Shown piece by piece: positions 15,344 to 24,037 of a stretch of DNA of 27,213 bases (position 1 is its first letter; the number at the start of each line of letters is the position of its first letter). The notes below the pieces were generated by a model that did not search any database, was not told the origin of the DNA, and saw only the letters and a list, made by a program, of their open reading frames with translations. Both the position numbers and the translations under genes were made by a program. This DNA comes from Candidatus Eiseniibacteriota bacterium (GTDB taxonomy: Bacteria > Joyebacterota > Joyebacteria > Joyebacterales > Joyebacteraceae), in contig JBDRFG010000050.1 in the NCBI GenBank assembly GCA_043819135.1, positions 1 to 27,213 of the forward strand, read 5' to 3'.

Positions 15344-18085
15344 TTACTTGAGCAGGATCATCTTCACCGTCATGGCTTCGTCGCCCGCGAGGAGACGACA
15401 GAAGTACACGCCCGACGCGACTAACGTGGCCCCTTCGACCCGGCCGTCCCAGACGACGGCATGACGGCCCGCGGGGAAGCTGCCTGACGCCAGCGTCGCG
15501 ACACGCCGCCCGCTGACATCGTGGATGGAGAGCTCCACGTCGGCCTCTACGGAAAGAGAGAAGCTCATTGTCGTCGTCGGATTGAACGGGTTCGGTGCGT
15601 TCTGATGGAGTCTGAAGGCCGGCTCGTCCATTTCACCTACGCCGGTCGTCACGTACATGGCGGCTGCAAATTCCGGCCTGTCGATGAAGGGGTTGCGGTT
15701 GCCTTGCATCGTGTAGATGGTGCCGTTCCGCTCGAGTTCCTTGCGGCTGACGGGATCGTCGACGTGCCACTCGAGCAGCAGGTTGACGGCCCACGGCAGT
15801 ATCTCGGCGCCGTCGGTCATCGCGCTGCCGGGCCACGCGGCGTCTTCCGAGTAGTAGCGTGAGGTCACGTAGAAGTAAGTCCGGGCGAGGTCGCCCTTGT
15901 ATGCGTCGATCGGCTCGAACGCCAGCCCGGAGTACCCGGGGTAGGTGCAGTTGCCCTTCTTGCTGCCGTTGAGGGACGTCCAGAACGGTGAGTCCACCTC
16001 GCCGTACGGATCCGAGCCCCGCTGCCCGTTGACGTAGTTGTCTGTCGGATATAGCAGGAACAGATCGGAGTACATAGGGGAGATCTCGCCCCCGTACCAG
16101 CTGCTCGGCCACGAGTGCTCGCGGTTGTATCCGGTACCCTCAATGCCACCTACTCCGCCCTCGTCGACACCGAACGTGTACTCGTAGGGCGGCACCCCGC
16201 CCGGGACATCGGAGTAGATGTCCCAGACCTTGCCGTTGGGCTTATCATCGGTGCTCCTGAAGGCTGTCCACGAGTACGTGTAGGTCTGGACAATGTGATT
16301 GTCGATGATAGCGTGGAGAGCCGCCTGCAGTGTTTCACCCAGTAGCCCCTCGGCGCTGTCGTAGTACCCTGGGGGTGGAGCGATGTCGACGTAGTCGAAC
16401 GAGTAGATGACGTTGTCCATCGCGTTCGCGTAGAGGTCCTCGACGCCGTCAACGACGAGCGTGTACTCGACAGGCGACATGGTGGATACGGTGAGCACGA
16501 CCTGGTCGTGATTCGACGCGTCGCGTGCGGCGGCGCTGACCGTCAGCCCGGCGATGGCGTAGTTGGCGGGAGTTCCTGCGCTCGTCTCCTCGACATCCTC
16601 CGAGAAGGTCACGACCACCGACGTCTCGTCGAGCGCGTAGACCTGGAGTAGCTCCGGCGCGGCGCCGTCACCCGACCACACGACGTCGCCTGCGTCCCGG
16701 GGCTCGAGCTTGAAGTCGCCGTCCCTGTAGGCGAGCGGTCCGGTGATATCGTAGCTGGTTCCAAGTGTCGGCGCGAACGCGTATCCCAGATCGTCGACAC
16801 GGCCGGCGCCACTGCCATCATCAACTTCCCACTCCCCCGAACCCAGCGTGGTGTTCGTGCAGAGAGCGCCCTCGACCGTGACGAGCACACCTTCGTAGCC
16901 CTCCGACGACAGGTAGAGCGAAGTGACGACGGTCGGTTCAGGCACCGTCACGGCCGGGTCGGAACTCTGGACGACGGCGCTCACAATGAACGTGTTGCCG
17001 CTGTTGGCGCCGTCGCTCTCCGTGACGGTTCCCCGGATCGTGACGGAGTCACCGACGGAGGGCGCGACGAGACTCCTCGCCCACACGCCGTTCCAGGCGC
17101 CTGTGCCGTCCTGTAGCGTGAAGTACGAGTTGTAGCGCCCGGTAACCACGCCGTGGGTTATGACGGCGTAGCCGTTGTAGGGCGATGAGGACGCGGCGCC
17201 CTGGACGTCGCTGATGGAGACCGTGTACGGCAGAGAGTAGCTTTCGGTGTCGGAGACGCTCGTTCCCGGCAGATCATTGGTCGCCTGGATCTTGAAATAG
17301 ATGGTGGTGCCCGCGGACTGCGCCGGGATCGTGGACTCAGTGACGTAGGTGATGCCAACATCCAGCGACATGGCGATCTCGTTGGAGATACTGAGCGGGG
17401 ATGTTCCCCAGAAGAGCGCGACGGATGTGATGGTCGTGGTGTCAGAGACGTCCGCGTAAACGTCGACAGTCTCGCCGGGAAGCGGTGCGGCGGGACTCGT
17501 GACGATGTTGGCGATCGTCGGTCCCGGGGTCGGCTGTGCCGTCTCATGAGTTCCGGGTGTCCCGTCGGTCGGGTACGAGATGGAAGTCGCAGTCCACTCC
17601 AGGGAATCGTACGAGGTGTTCGGGAGCACGACGCCGTAGTTGCGGACGTAGTCCTGGTTCTCGAAGTGCGTACCGGTCACGACGGCGTAGTCGACGATCA
17701 CCGAGCCCGCGTTCAGGAGCTTGGCGCCGTCCCCTATCTTTCCGTTCCAGAGGCTGTTGTTGCTCGACCATGCCTCCTCGGGGAAGTTGACGGGGAAAGC
17801 GATGACCGTGGTGGCGTCACCAGCGACCAGCGCCTCGCCGGGGTCGATGGAGCCTGCGAGCGGCCACGAGAAGACATCACCGCTGTTGCCCACCGCCACC
17901 AGTGTCCAGTCGGTCAGGTCGACCGCCGCGCCCCCCGCGTTGTAGATCTCGATGAACCGGTCGGTCAGGTAGTTCAGCTGTGGGTCGCACATCTCGGAGA
18001 TGAGGACGGCGGTCTGGGCTTGAGCGGGTGCGAATCCCGCGGCGAGCACTGCAACGGCTATCAGTAGAACGGCACTTGCTCTCAT
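15344..18085 (-). CDS. Secreted multidomain nuclease: lamin-tail domain, Ig-like and OB-fold modules, endonuclease I (EndA/Bsn-type) domain, FlgD-Ig C-terminal domain
   Basis: Signal peptide from ATG 18085, LTD (ISE..FIEIYN..VDLTDW), OB-fold (ISDVQG..SPYNG..LQDGTGAWNG; YEGVLV), nuclease motifs NREHSWPSSW, VNGQRG, KGDLAR and GNRNPFIDRPE, and a C-terminal QNAPNPFNP...KMILLK. Confidence 0.92.
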   Translation of the reverse strand: MRASAVLLIAVAVLAAGFAPAQAQTAVLISEMCDPQLNYLTDRFIEIYNAGGAAVDLTDWTLVAVGNSGDVFSWPLAGSIDPGEALVAGDATTVIAFPVNFPEEAWSSNNSLWNGKIGDGAKLLNAGSVIVDYAVVTGTHFENQDYVRNYGVVLPNTSYDSLEWTATSISYPTDGTPGTHETAQPTPGPTIANIVTSPAAPLPGETVDVYADVSDTTTITSVALFWGTSPLSISNEIAMSLDVGITYVTESTIPAQSAGTTIYFKIQATNDLPGTSVSDTESYSLPYTVSISDVQGAASSSPYNGYAVITHGVVTGRYNSYFTLQDGTGAWNGVWARSLVAPSVGDSVTIRGTVTESDGANSGNTFIVSAVVQSSDPAVTVPEPTVVTSLYLSSEGYEGVLVTVEGALCTNTTLGSGEWEVDDGSGAGRVDDLGYAFAPTLGTSYDITGPLAYRDGDFKLEPRDAGDVVWSGDGAAPELLQVYALDETSVVVTFSEDVEETSAGTPANYAIAGLTVSAAARDASNHDQVVLTVSTMSPVEYTLVVDGVEDLYANAMDNVIYSFDYVDIAPPPGYYDSAEGLLGETLQAALHAIIDNHIVQTYTYSWTAFRSTDDKPNGKVWDIYSDVPGGVPPYEYTFGVDEGGVGGIEGTGYNREHSWPSSWYGGEISPMYSDLFLLYPTDNYVNGQRGSDPYGEVDSPFWTSLNGSKKGNCTYPGYSGLAFEPIDAYKGDLARTYFYVTSRYYSEDAAWPGSAMTDGAEILPWAVNLLLEWHVDDPVSRKELERNGTIYTMQGNRNPFIDRPEFAAAMYVTTGVGEMDEPAFRLHQNAPNPFNPTTTMSFSLSVEADVELSIHDVSGRRVATLASGSFPAGRHAVVWDGRVEGATLVASGVYFCRLLAGDEAMTVKMILLK

Positions 18086-18170
18086 GCTCTGCTCCCTTGT
18101 CCAGACGATTGCGGCCCGCGCGCGCTCAACCCCGGCCAGTCTCCCCAGGGGGTCCGCACACATGGCTTCT

Positions 18171-18181
18171 ATTATACCACA
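18171..18181 (-). promoter_or_regulatory. Extended -10 promoter of the nuclease gene
   Basis: Minus strand TGTGGTATAAT, a perfect TGn-TATAAT, about 85 nt upstream of the ATG. Confidence 0.7.
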
Positions 18182-18313
18182 AAAACAGTGCCTTCAGACA
18201 GAGCACGCTTCGCGGCCCGGTGGCCACGAAGCGAGGGCCCACCCATGATGGGCAGGCCCTCCGTGCATCCGTTCTCGGCTCTATGATGAACCGGCTGTCC
18301 GTGCACAACGTAG

Positions 18314-18344
18314 CAGGGCCGCCCCGTCATAAGAGGCGGCCCTG
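18314..18344. terminator. Hairpin downstream of the cold-shock gene
   Basis: CAGGGCCGCC-N11-GGCGGCCCTG. A second hairpin lies at about 18234-18262. Confidence 0.6.
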
Positions 18345-18376
18345 TGTCTTTATGCCAGTCCGTGGCTATGCAGCGG

Positions 18377-18592
18377 CTAGGCTTCGATCCTCGTGACGTT
18401 CTCCGCCGCCGGGCCCTTCTCGCCCTGGACGACGTCGAACTGCACCCGGTCGCCTTCGTTCAGGCTCTTGTATTCGTCACCACCCTGAATCGCCGAATGG
18501 TGAACGAAGACGTCCTTCGACCCATCCTCCAACGAGATGAAACCAAAGCCCTTGCTGTCATTGAACCACTTCACTGTTCCTGTCGTACTCAC
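18377..18592 (-). CDS. cspA: Cold-shock protein (CspA family)
   Basis: [15 protein letters not shown] (RNP1), DVFVHHSAI (RNP2) and [19 protein letters not shown]. The paralog name is generic. Confidence 0.97.
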   Translation of the reverse strand: MSTTGTVKWFNDSKGFGFISLEDGSKDVFVHHSAIQGGDEYKSLNEGDRVQFDVVQGEKGPAAENVTRIEA

Positions 18593-18781
18593 TGTATTCT
18601 ACCTCTCTTATTCTCGTCGCGCTGGGATCACCCCTCACGCTGACGATTGTCCTGCCGGTGGCCGGATTGTCCGACCGTCCGACTTCCTCATCACTGGGCC
18701 CGTCTGGCCCTGCAGGCGGCACCATCACCGACCGCCGGTATCGCTCCACACACTCGGGCGCCCCATAGCGCCCCGGAAAGC

Positions 18782-18812
18782 AAAAAGGGCCCGGCGGCTG
18801 CGCCAGGTCCCT
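18782..18812 (-). terminator. Intrinsic terminator located inside the putative csp leader
   Basis: Minus strand AGGGACCTGGCG-CAGC-CGCCGGGCCCT followed by TTTTGCTTT. Confidence 0.75.
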
Positions 18813-18867
18813 CGTTCGAGTTTCCGGATATGTTGCCATACCAACGTGGCCGCGCCCGCTAGTCGAC

Positions 18868-18896
18868 ATTCTAGCCTAGGGAACCGCTCAGGTCAA
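18868..18896 (-). promoter_or_regulatory. sigma70 promoter upstream of the csp gene
   Basis: Minus strand TTGACC-N17-TAGAAT. Confidence 0.75.
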
Positions 18897-18990
18897 GCTC
18901 ATTCGCCGGATCGGGAGATTTCGCACCAGCAGGACGTGGGCTGGGCAATTGTGGCCGAATCGTCCTCTGCCTGGCGGTGGCCGCGGATGC

Positions 18991-20385
18991 TCATGGGGCC
19001 ACGTCGCTAAGACATTTCTCCCGCATCACTGCAGATGTCAGCCAGGTGAACAGAGTCCCCGAGTACATGACGATCCACGGAATCATCAGGAAGTGGTACC
19101 GCGGGGCGGCGAACGTGACGATATGCACCGCCGTCAGGTACAGTACGACGAACACGCCGTGAAGGGGGAATCGCGCGCCTCTCGCCCGGCGCCGCCGGAC
19201 GAGCAGGAGCAGTCCGGCCGCGGCGGTGGCCATCACGGTGTAGTAGTACACCTGGGAGACGAGCGAGACGATCCGAAGCCACCGAATCCGTGTGGCCTCC
19301 CGCACACCGACGGAAGCAAGGATGCGTTCTTGCTCGTGCGGAGCGATGTAGTAGAGATCGCTGCCGGTCATTCCCTCAATGTTCCTTCGGAAACCCTCAT
19401 CACCCCGGTAGTACAGGCGGAAAAGCTTCTCCGGCCAGAGCCGGAGCGTCTCGTGGGGGTGCGACACAATGTACGCGATCGCCGCGTCGCGCGCGCGCCG
19501 ATCCCGTTCGTACTCGTTCCCGGAACCGACCTTGTCCGTCATCTCTTTCCACCAGCCGTACCGGCCTGTCGCGTTCCGGTTGTTCCCCATGTACAGCACG
19601 ATCCCGCCGTTTGTCGAAACGTAAATCAGGTGGTCGAACACCCCGTAGTTCCGCACCGTCCACGGGACGAGAGTGGCGGCAAGCACTGCGTACACCACGA
19701 GTGCCCGACGAAGGGGCGCGCCGAGACGCCTCCGGCCGCCCTGCCCCAACGCGGAGAAGGCACAGACGATGGCGGGCACAATGACCACGTGCGGCCGGAC
19801 CAGGCATGCGAGTCCAAGAACGAACCCGGACCACGCAGCGCGTCCCACACCGAGTCGCTCGTCCAGAAGCAGGAGGATCCCGAGAAGCAGCGTGAACGCA
19901 CAGAGCGTCTCGCTGGCGAGAACGGAGGTGAAGGCGATCTGATCGGGATAGAACGCGAGAATCAGAAGCGTCCAGCGCGCTGTCGGCGCCGAGCGGAAGA
20001 GCTTCCGGGTGATTCCGTAGACGATCGCAAGCGTTCCTGTCGACAGAAGGGCATTAAGGAGCCTGGCCGCGAGCAGGGACGGTCCGCAGAGCCGGAACAG
20101 GGCCCCCAGCACAGCCGGGTACCCGATCGGCCAGAAGGCGGTGGGCACACCATCGACCGAGTAACCGGTTCCGGCGGCGAGGTCGACCGCCCGGTCGTAG
20201 TACCAGCCGAAATCGCTCACGGGGGTCGGATCGAAGAGGAGCACCCACAGAACCCGTACGGCCAGCGCGGCCAGCAGACACACCGGGACGAACCGCCTCG
20301 ACTGGATGATCCTGTCGACACCCCCGAGAACTCGTCGAGCCCGATCCGTCCCTGGCGCCCTCCCCCCCATACCGTCCGACACCAT
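18991..20385 (-). CDS. GT-C fold integral membrane glycosyltransferase (GT39/ArnT/PMT_2-like)
   Basis: Multiple TM helices, SDFGWY acidic loop, TAFWPIGYP, LASETL, GLACLVRP, PWTVRNY, STNGG and PRYH. Start uncertain (ATG 20385 after GAGGG chosen; the open frame extends to 20502). Confidence 0.85.
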   Translation of the reverse strand: MVSDGMGGRAPGTDRARRVLGGVDRIIQSRRFVPVCLLAALAVRVLWVLLFDPTPVSDFGWYYDRAVDLAAGTGYSVDGVPTAFWPIGYPAVLGALFRLCGPSLLAARLLNALLSTGTLAIVYGITRKLFRSAPTARWTLLILAFYPDQIAFTSVLASETLCAFTLLLGILLLLDERLGVGRAAWSGFVLGLACLVRPHVVIVPAIVCAFSALGQGGRRRLGAPLRRALVVYAVLAATLVPWTVRNYGVFDHLIYVSTNGGIVLYMGNNRNATGRYGWWKEMTDKVGSGNEYERDRRARDAAIAYIVSHPHETLRLWPEKLFRLYYRGDEGFRRNIEGMTGSDLYYIAPHEQERILASVGVREATRIRWLRIVSLVSQVYYYTVMATAAAGLLLLVRRRRARGARFPLHGVFVVLYLTAVHIVTFAAPRYHFLMIPWIVMYSGTLFTWLTSAVMREKCLSDVAP

Positions 20386-20820
20386 CACCGCACCCTCGTG
20401 AGTACGTGGCAGCCCGGCTCGGCGCGCCAGACCTGGACCCCGTCGCCGCGGCATGCCTGACATAAAGCCACGGTCCGTAGGCCCGGATAGATATGTTGTC
20501 ATTGGGCCACGGCAGCACCCAGCCGCAACGTCTGACGAACGGAATATCGCGAGCCTGAGGTAGTGTCACATCGTGTCTCAACATCTAGCCTGAAGACTCA
20601 CCCACACCATACCATGTGCGCTCTCGGGGAACAACAGCAAGGCATGGGCCGCCCGGGACGTTCCCGACGACCTCTCTGAGATCTGGCTCCCCTTGATCGG
20701 CGAATCCCTGTGCTGCCTGCATCGAGCCCAGAACCCCCTATGCCCGAGCCGGGGAGCCCGCTACAATGAGGTTGAACGGAGCACAGAAATCTGTCGATGA
20801 TTCTCTCTCGGGGATTGACC

Positions 20821-23061
20821 ATGATCGGCAAGACGATCTCCCACTACAAGATCCTCGGAAAGCTAGGCGAAGGTGGCATGGGCGTCGTCTACAGGGCCGA
20901 CGACACGAAGCTCGAGAGACATGTTGCCCTCAAGTTCCTCTCCCCGCGCATCCTCGGCACTGATACGGAGAAGGCTCGCTTCATCCATGAAGCGAAGGCA
21001 GCGGCAGCCCTCAATCACCCAAGCATCTGCACGGTCTATGAGATCGACGAGGCCGACGGTCAGACCTTCATCGCGATGGAGTGCGTGGAAGGGCAGAGTC
21101 TCAAAGCCAGGATCGAATCCGCTTCGATGCCCCTTGACGAGACCCTGGCAATTGCCATCCGGATCGCGGAGGGCCTCGCTGAGGCACACGCCAAGGGCAT
21201 CGTTCATCGCGACATCAAGCCCGCAAACGTCGTGGTGACCCCGCAGGGCCGCGTGAAGATCATGGACTTCGGCCTGGCTCTATCGAGCGCGGCGACGCAG
21301 CTCACTGTGATCGGGACAACCGTGGGCACGATTGCCTACATGTCGCCAGAGCAGGCGCGGGGGGAGACAGTCGATCATCGGACGGACATCTGGTCACTGG
21401 GTGTGATCCTGTACGAGATGATCGCAGGTCGACAGCCGTTCAGAGGAAACCGCGACCAGGCAGTGATCTACTCGATCCTGAACGAAGAACCGGATCCATT
21501 GTCCGTGGCGCGACCTGAAGTTCCAAGAGAGCTGGAGAACGTGATGTCCCACATGCTTGCCAAGAACCCGGCTTCGCGCCACCCTGGCGCCGAGGAGGTT
21601 CTGGTCGATCTGAGCAGGCTTCGCGAGGCCCGCGAAACGGCCACATCCACCGGACAGGCAGACGCGCGCAAACGCAGGCCCTCTATCGCCGTGCTCCCGT
21701 TCCTGGACATGAGCCCCCAACGAGACGAAGAGTACTTCTGCGAAGGGATGGCCGAGGAGATCATCAACGCGCTGACGCATATCGGCGGGCTCAAGGTGAG
21801 TGCGCGGACTTCGTCCTTTCAGTTCAAGGGTCCCGGCCACGACGTTCGCAGAATCGGGCGCGATCTCGGCGTCGAGACGGTCCTGGAGGGAAGCGTGCGC
21901 AAAGCGGGCTCACGCCTCCGGATCACGGCTCAGCTCATCAACGCCGCGGACGCGTGCCATCTCTGGTCCGAGAGGTTCGACCGGGACATGGAAGACATCT
22001 TCGCGATCCAGGACGAGATCTCCCTGGCCATCGTGGACCAACTCAGAGTGGAGCTTCTTGGAGACGAGAAGGCCCAGCTGGTGAAACGGCCCAACGCGAG
22101 TCCGGAGGCGTACAACCTCTACCTGCGGGGGCGCTGGTTCTGGAACAAGCGGACACACGAGGATCTGACGAAGGCCATTGAGTATTTCGAGAGGGCGATT
22201 GAGTTCGCGCCGGACTACGCGCCAGCCTACGCGGGTATCGCCGATTGCTACGCGGCCTTCATGGAGTACAGTGCATCGCCTCCCGAAGGAGCCACTGCCA
22301 TGGCGAGGAGGGCGGCCCTCAAGGCGCTGGAGATAGACGATACGCTGGCTGAAGCGCACGCGTCCCTCGGATACATCAAGATGGTACACGATTGGGACTG
22401 GGCGGGAGCCGAGGCGGAGTTCAGACGCGCGATCGAACTCAATCCCCGATACGCGCCGGCGCACCACCGGTATGCGCATTGCCTGGCTATCACCGCAAGA
22501 TACGCCGAGGCCATGGAGGAGGCGGGGCGAGCCCAGGAACTCGAGCCTCACTCCCCGGCCATCAGCAGAAGCATGGGGTATCTGTTGTGTGTTGCCGGCG
22601 AGTACGATTCTGCGATCGAGGCACTGGAGCGAACGCTCGAGATAGATCCCGCCTTCATCTTCGCGCACCTCATGCTGGGGCTCGCGTACCTCCAGAAGTC
22701 GATGTACGAGGACGCGCTCGCCGCCTTCCGTGAAGAGGAGCGTCTTCTCGGTGGCTGGAGTCCGTTCACCGCCGCATGGATCGGCGTCACCCATGCGCAC
22801 TCCGGCAACGTGGACGAAGCAGAGAGCGCCCTGGCTGACCTGACGGAGAGCTCGAAGCGTCGGCGCGTCCCGCCATCGGACATCGCTCTCTTGTATTTCG
22901 CACTGGGAAGGAAGGATGAGGGATTCGACCGGCTGGAGAAGGCGTGCGCGGAGCGCGATGCCAATCTGCGTATGCAACTCCCCGTATTCCGCATGCCCGA
23001 AGTCGCCGGTGGTGACCCTCGATTCGCCGATCTGCTCAGGAGGATGGGGCTGGAGAGCTGA
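20821..23061 (+). CDS. Hanks-type Ser/Thr protein kinase with TolB_N-like domain and TPR repeats
   Basis: LGEGGMGVVY, VALK, HRDIKPAN, DFG, YMSPEQ, DIWSLG, then SIAVLPF...EGSVRKAG..LRITAQL, and TPRs ending DPRF. Start MIGKTISHY at 20821. Confidence 0.96.
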   Translation: MIGKTISHYKILGKLGEGGMGVVYRADDTKLERHVALKFLSPRILGTDTEKARFIHEAKAAAALNHPSICTVYEIDEADGQTFIAMECVEGQSLKARIESASMPLDETLAIAIRIAEGLAEAHAKGIVHRDIKPANVVVTPQGRVKIMDFGLALSSAATQLTVIGTTVGTIAYMSPEQARGETVDHRTDIWSLGVILYEMIAGRQPFRGNRDQAVIYSILNEEPDPLSVARPEVPRELENVMSHMLAKNPASRHPGAEEVLVDLSRLREARETATSTGQADARKRRPSIAVLPFLDMSPQRDEEYFCEGMAEEIINALTHIGGLKVSARTSSFQFKGPGHDVRRIGRDLGVETVLEGSVRKAGSRLRITAQLINAADACHLWSERFDRDMEDIFAIQDEISLAIVDQLRVELLGDEKAQLVKRPNASPEAYNLYLRGRWFWNKRTHEDLTKAIEYFERAIEFAPDYAPAYAGIADCYAAFMEYSASPPEGATAMARRAALKALEIDDTLAEAHASLGYIKMVHDWDWAGAEAEFRRAIELNPRYAPAHHRYAHCLAITARYAEAMEEAGRAQELEPHSPAISRSMGYLLCVAGEYDSAIEALERTLEIDPAFIFAHLMLGLAYLQKSMYEDALAAFREEERLLGGWSPFTAAWIGVTHAHSGNVDEAESALADLTESSKRRRVPPSDIALLYFALGRKDEGFDRLEKACAERDANLRMQLPVFRMPEVAGGDPRFADLLRRMGLES

Positions 23062-23106
23062 TCGCGAGAGACGCTCCCGCCGATCTCATCGAGTGTGTTT
23101 GAGCCA

Positions 23107-23133
23107 CGGCCCCCGCCTACGAAGCGGGGGCCG
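23107..23133. terminator. GC-rich hairpin after the kinase gene
   Basis: CGGCCCCCGC-N7-GCGGGGGCCG perfect 10-bp stem. Confidence 0.6.
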
Positions 23134-23139
23134 ATCTGT

Positions 23140-23709
23140 TGGCTCCCCGAATGTAACAGCATTCGAGGCGGCCACCGGGGCCATCAGGAGACCGAGATCT
23201 GGTTCCGGATTCGGCACGTCGCCGTGGACGGCGTCAAGGGCGCGAGCGGGGCCAGCTACTGCCAACAGACGGTAGAGGTAACGCTTGGGCCAAAGGGAGC
23301 GTTCAAGAAGCGCAACATGGGCACCCTGACGCGGCGGGTGGCGGCTGACCGTATCGTCAGTGCTGTGCCGGGGCCGTGGGGCAGACCGAAACCGCCAAGG
23401 AAACCCAAGACACCTCGGGTCGTCGAGCTCCTACGGACGGCCATGGAATAGCAACGCCAGATTGACGCTGGCGAGGTGGACACGCAGGCTGAGATCGCAC
23501 GCCGGGAAGGGATCACCCGAGCCAGGGTGACGCAGATCATGGCCATGCTGAGGCTCGCGCCGGAGATTCAGGAGCACATCCTTGCGATGCCCGAGTCGGT
23601 CAATCGACCCCCGATCAGCGAGCGGGCGTTGCGGCCCATCGCCCACATCGAGGATCCAAAGCAGCAGCTTGCGGAGTTCCGCGGTCTATCTCCAGTAGTA
23701 GCCTCATGA
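23140..23709 (+). pseudogene. Recombinase-associated HTH protein remnant with an internal amber stop
   Basis: ORFs 23095-23451 and 23476-23709 share one frame, separated only by TAG 23449-23451: ELLRTAME*QRQIDAGEVDTQAEIARREGITRARVTQIMAMLRLAPEIQEHIL. This resembles the HTH module found at the C-terminus of, or next to, large serine recombinases, where Trp usually occupies the stop position. Confidence 0.65.
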
Positions 23710-23776
23710 TCCTGTCGCCCTCCCCAGCAGCTGCAGGGTCCGCACCGTGTCGTCCGCGAGACAAGTCCGGTCCGTC

Positions 23777-23880
23777 CAGCCTCACCGCTCGCTCACGTAC
23801 TTCCGGCGAATACCGCTTCGGCTTCTCCATGGCCCCATCCTCTCATGAAATGGAGCCTCCGGCAAACCCGGTACGGTTCA
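23777..23880 (-). mobile_element. IS3-family (IS51-group-like) left-end remnant
   Basis: Minus strand begins TGAACCGTACCGGGTTTGCCGGAGGC (typical IRL), then GAGAGGA RBS and an OrfA N-terminus MEKPKRYSPEVRERAVRL. Similarity is lost after 18 codons. Confidence 0.85.
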
Positions 23881-24037
23881 GGGGGCACGGCAGAGTCAGT
23901 CTGACTCCATAGATCCCAAGCCAAATCACCCGCGTCTGCGCCCCTTGGGGCAGACTCCTCAAGGACCGCGCCCCCTCACCCGATGAGCACGAGCTTCCTG
24001 GGCGCTACAGAAAGCGTGCAAAGGGATGCAAGCACGA

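Noticed and set aside
20821..23061. Kinase-TPR protein as a novel defence or signalling system
   Set aside because: The kinase/TolB_N-like/TPR architecture is a widespread, often multi-copy family, and no partner gene is linked here.
23140..23215. Complete tRNA gene
   Set aside because: Only a 3'-end-like 10-mer is present. No T-arm, anticodon arm or D-arm can be folded.
23449..23451. Pyrrolysine or amber recoding
   Set aside because: TAG serves as a normal stop for several genes in the window, no pyl genes are visible, and the context is a decayed mobile region.
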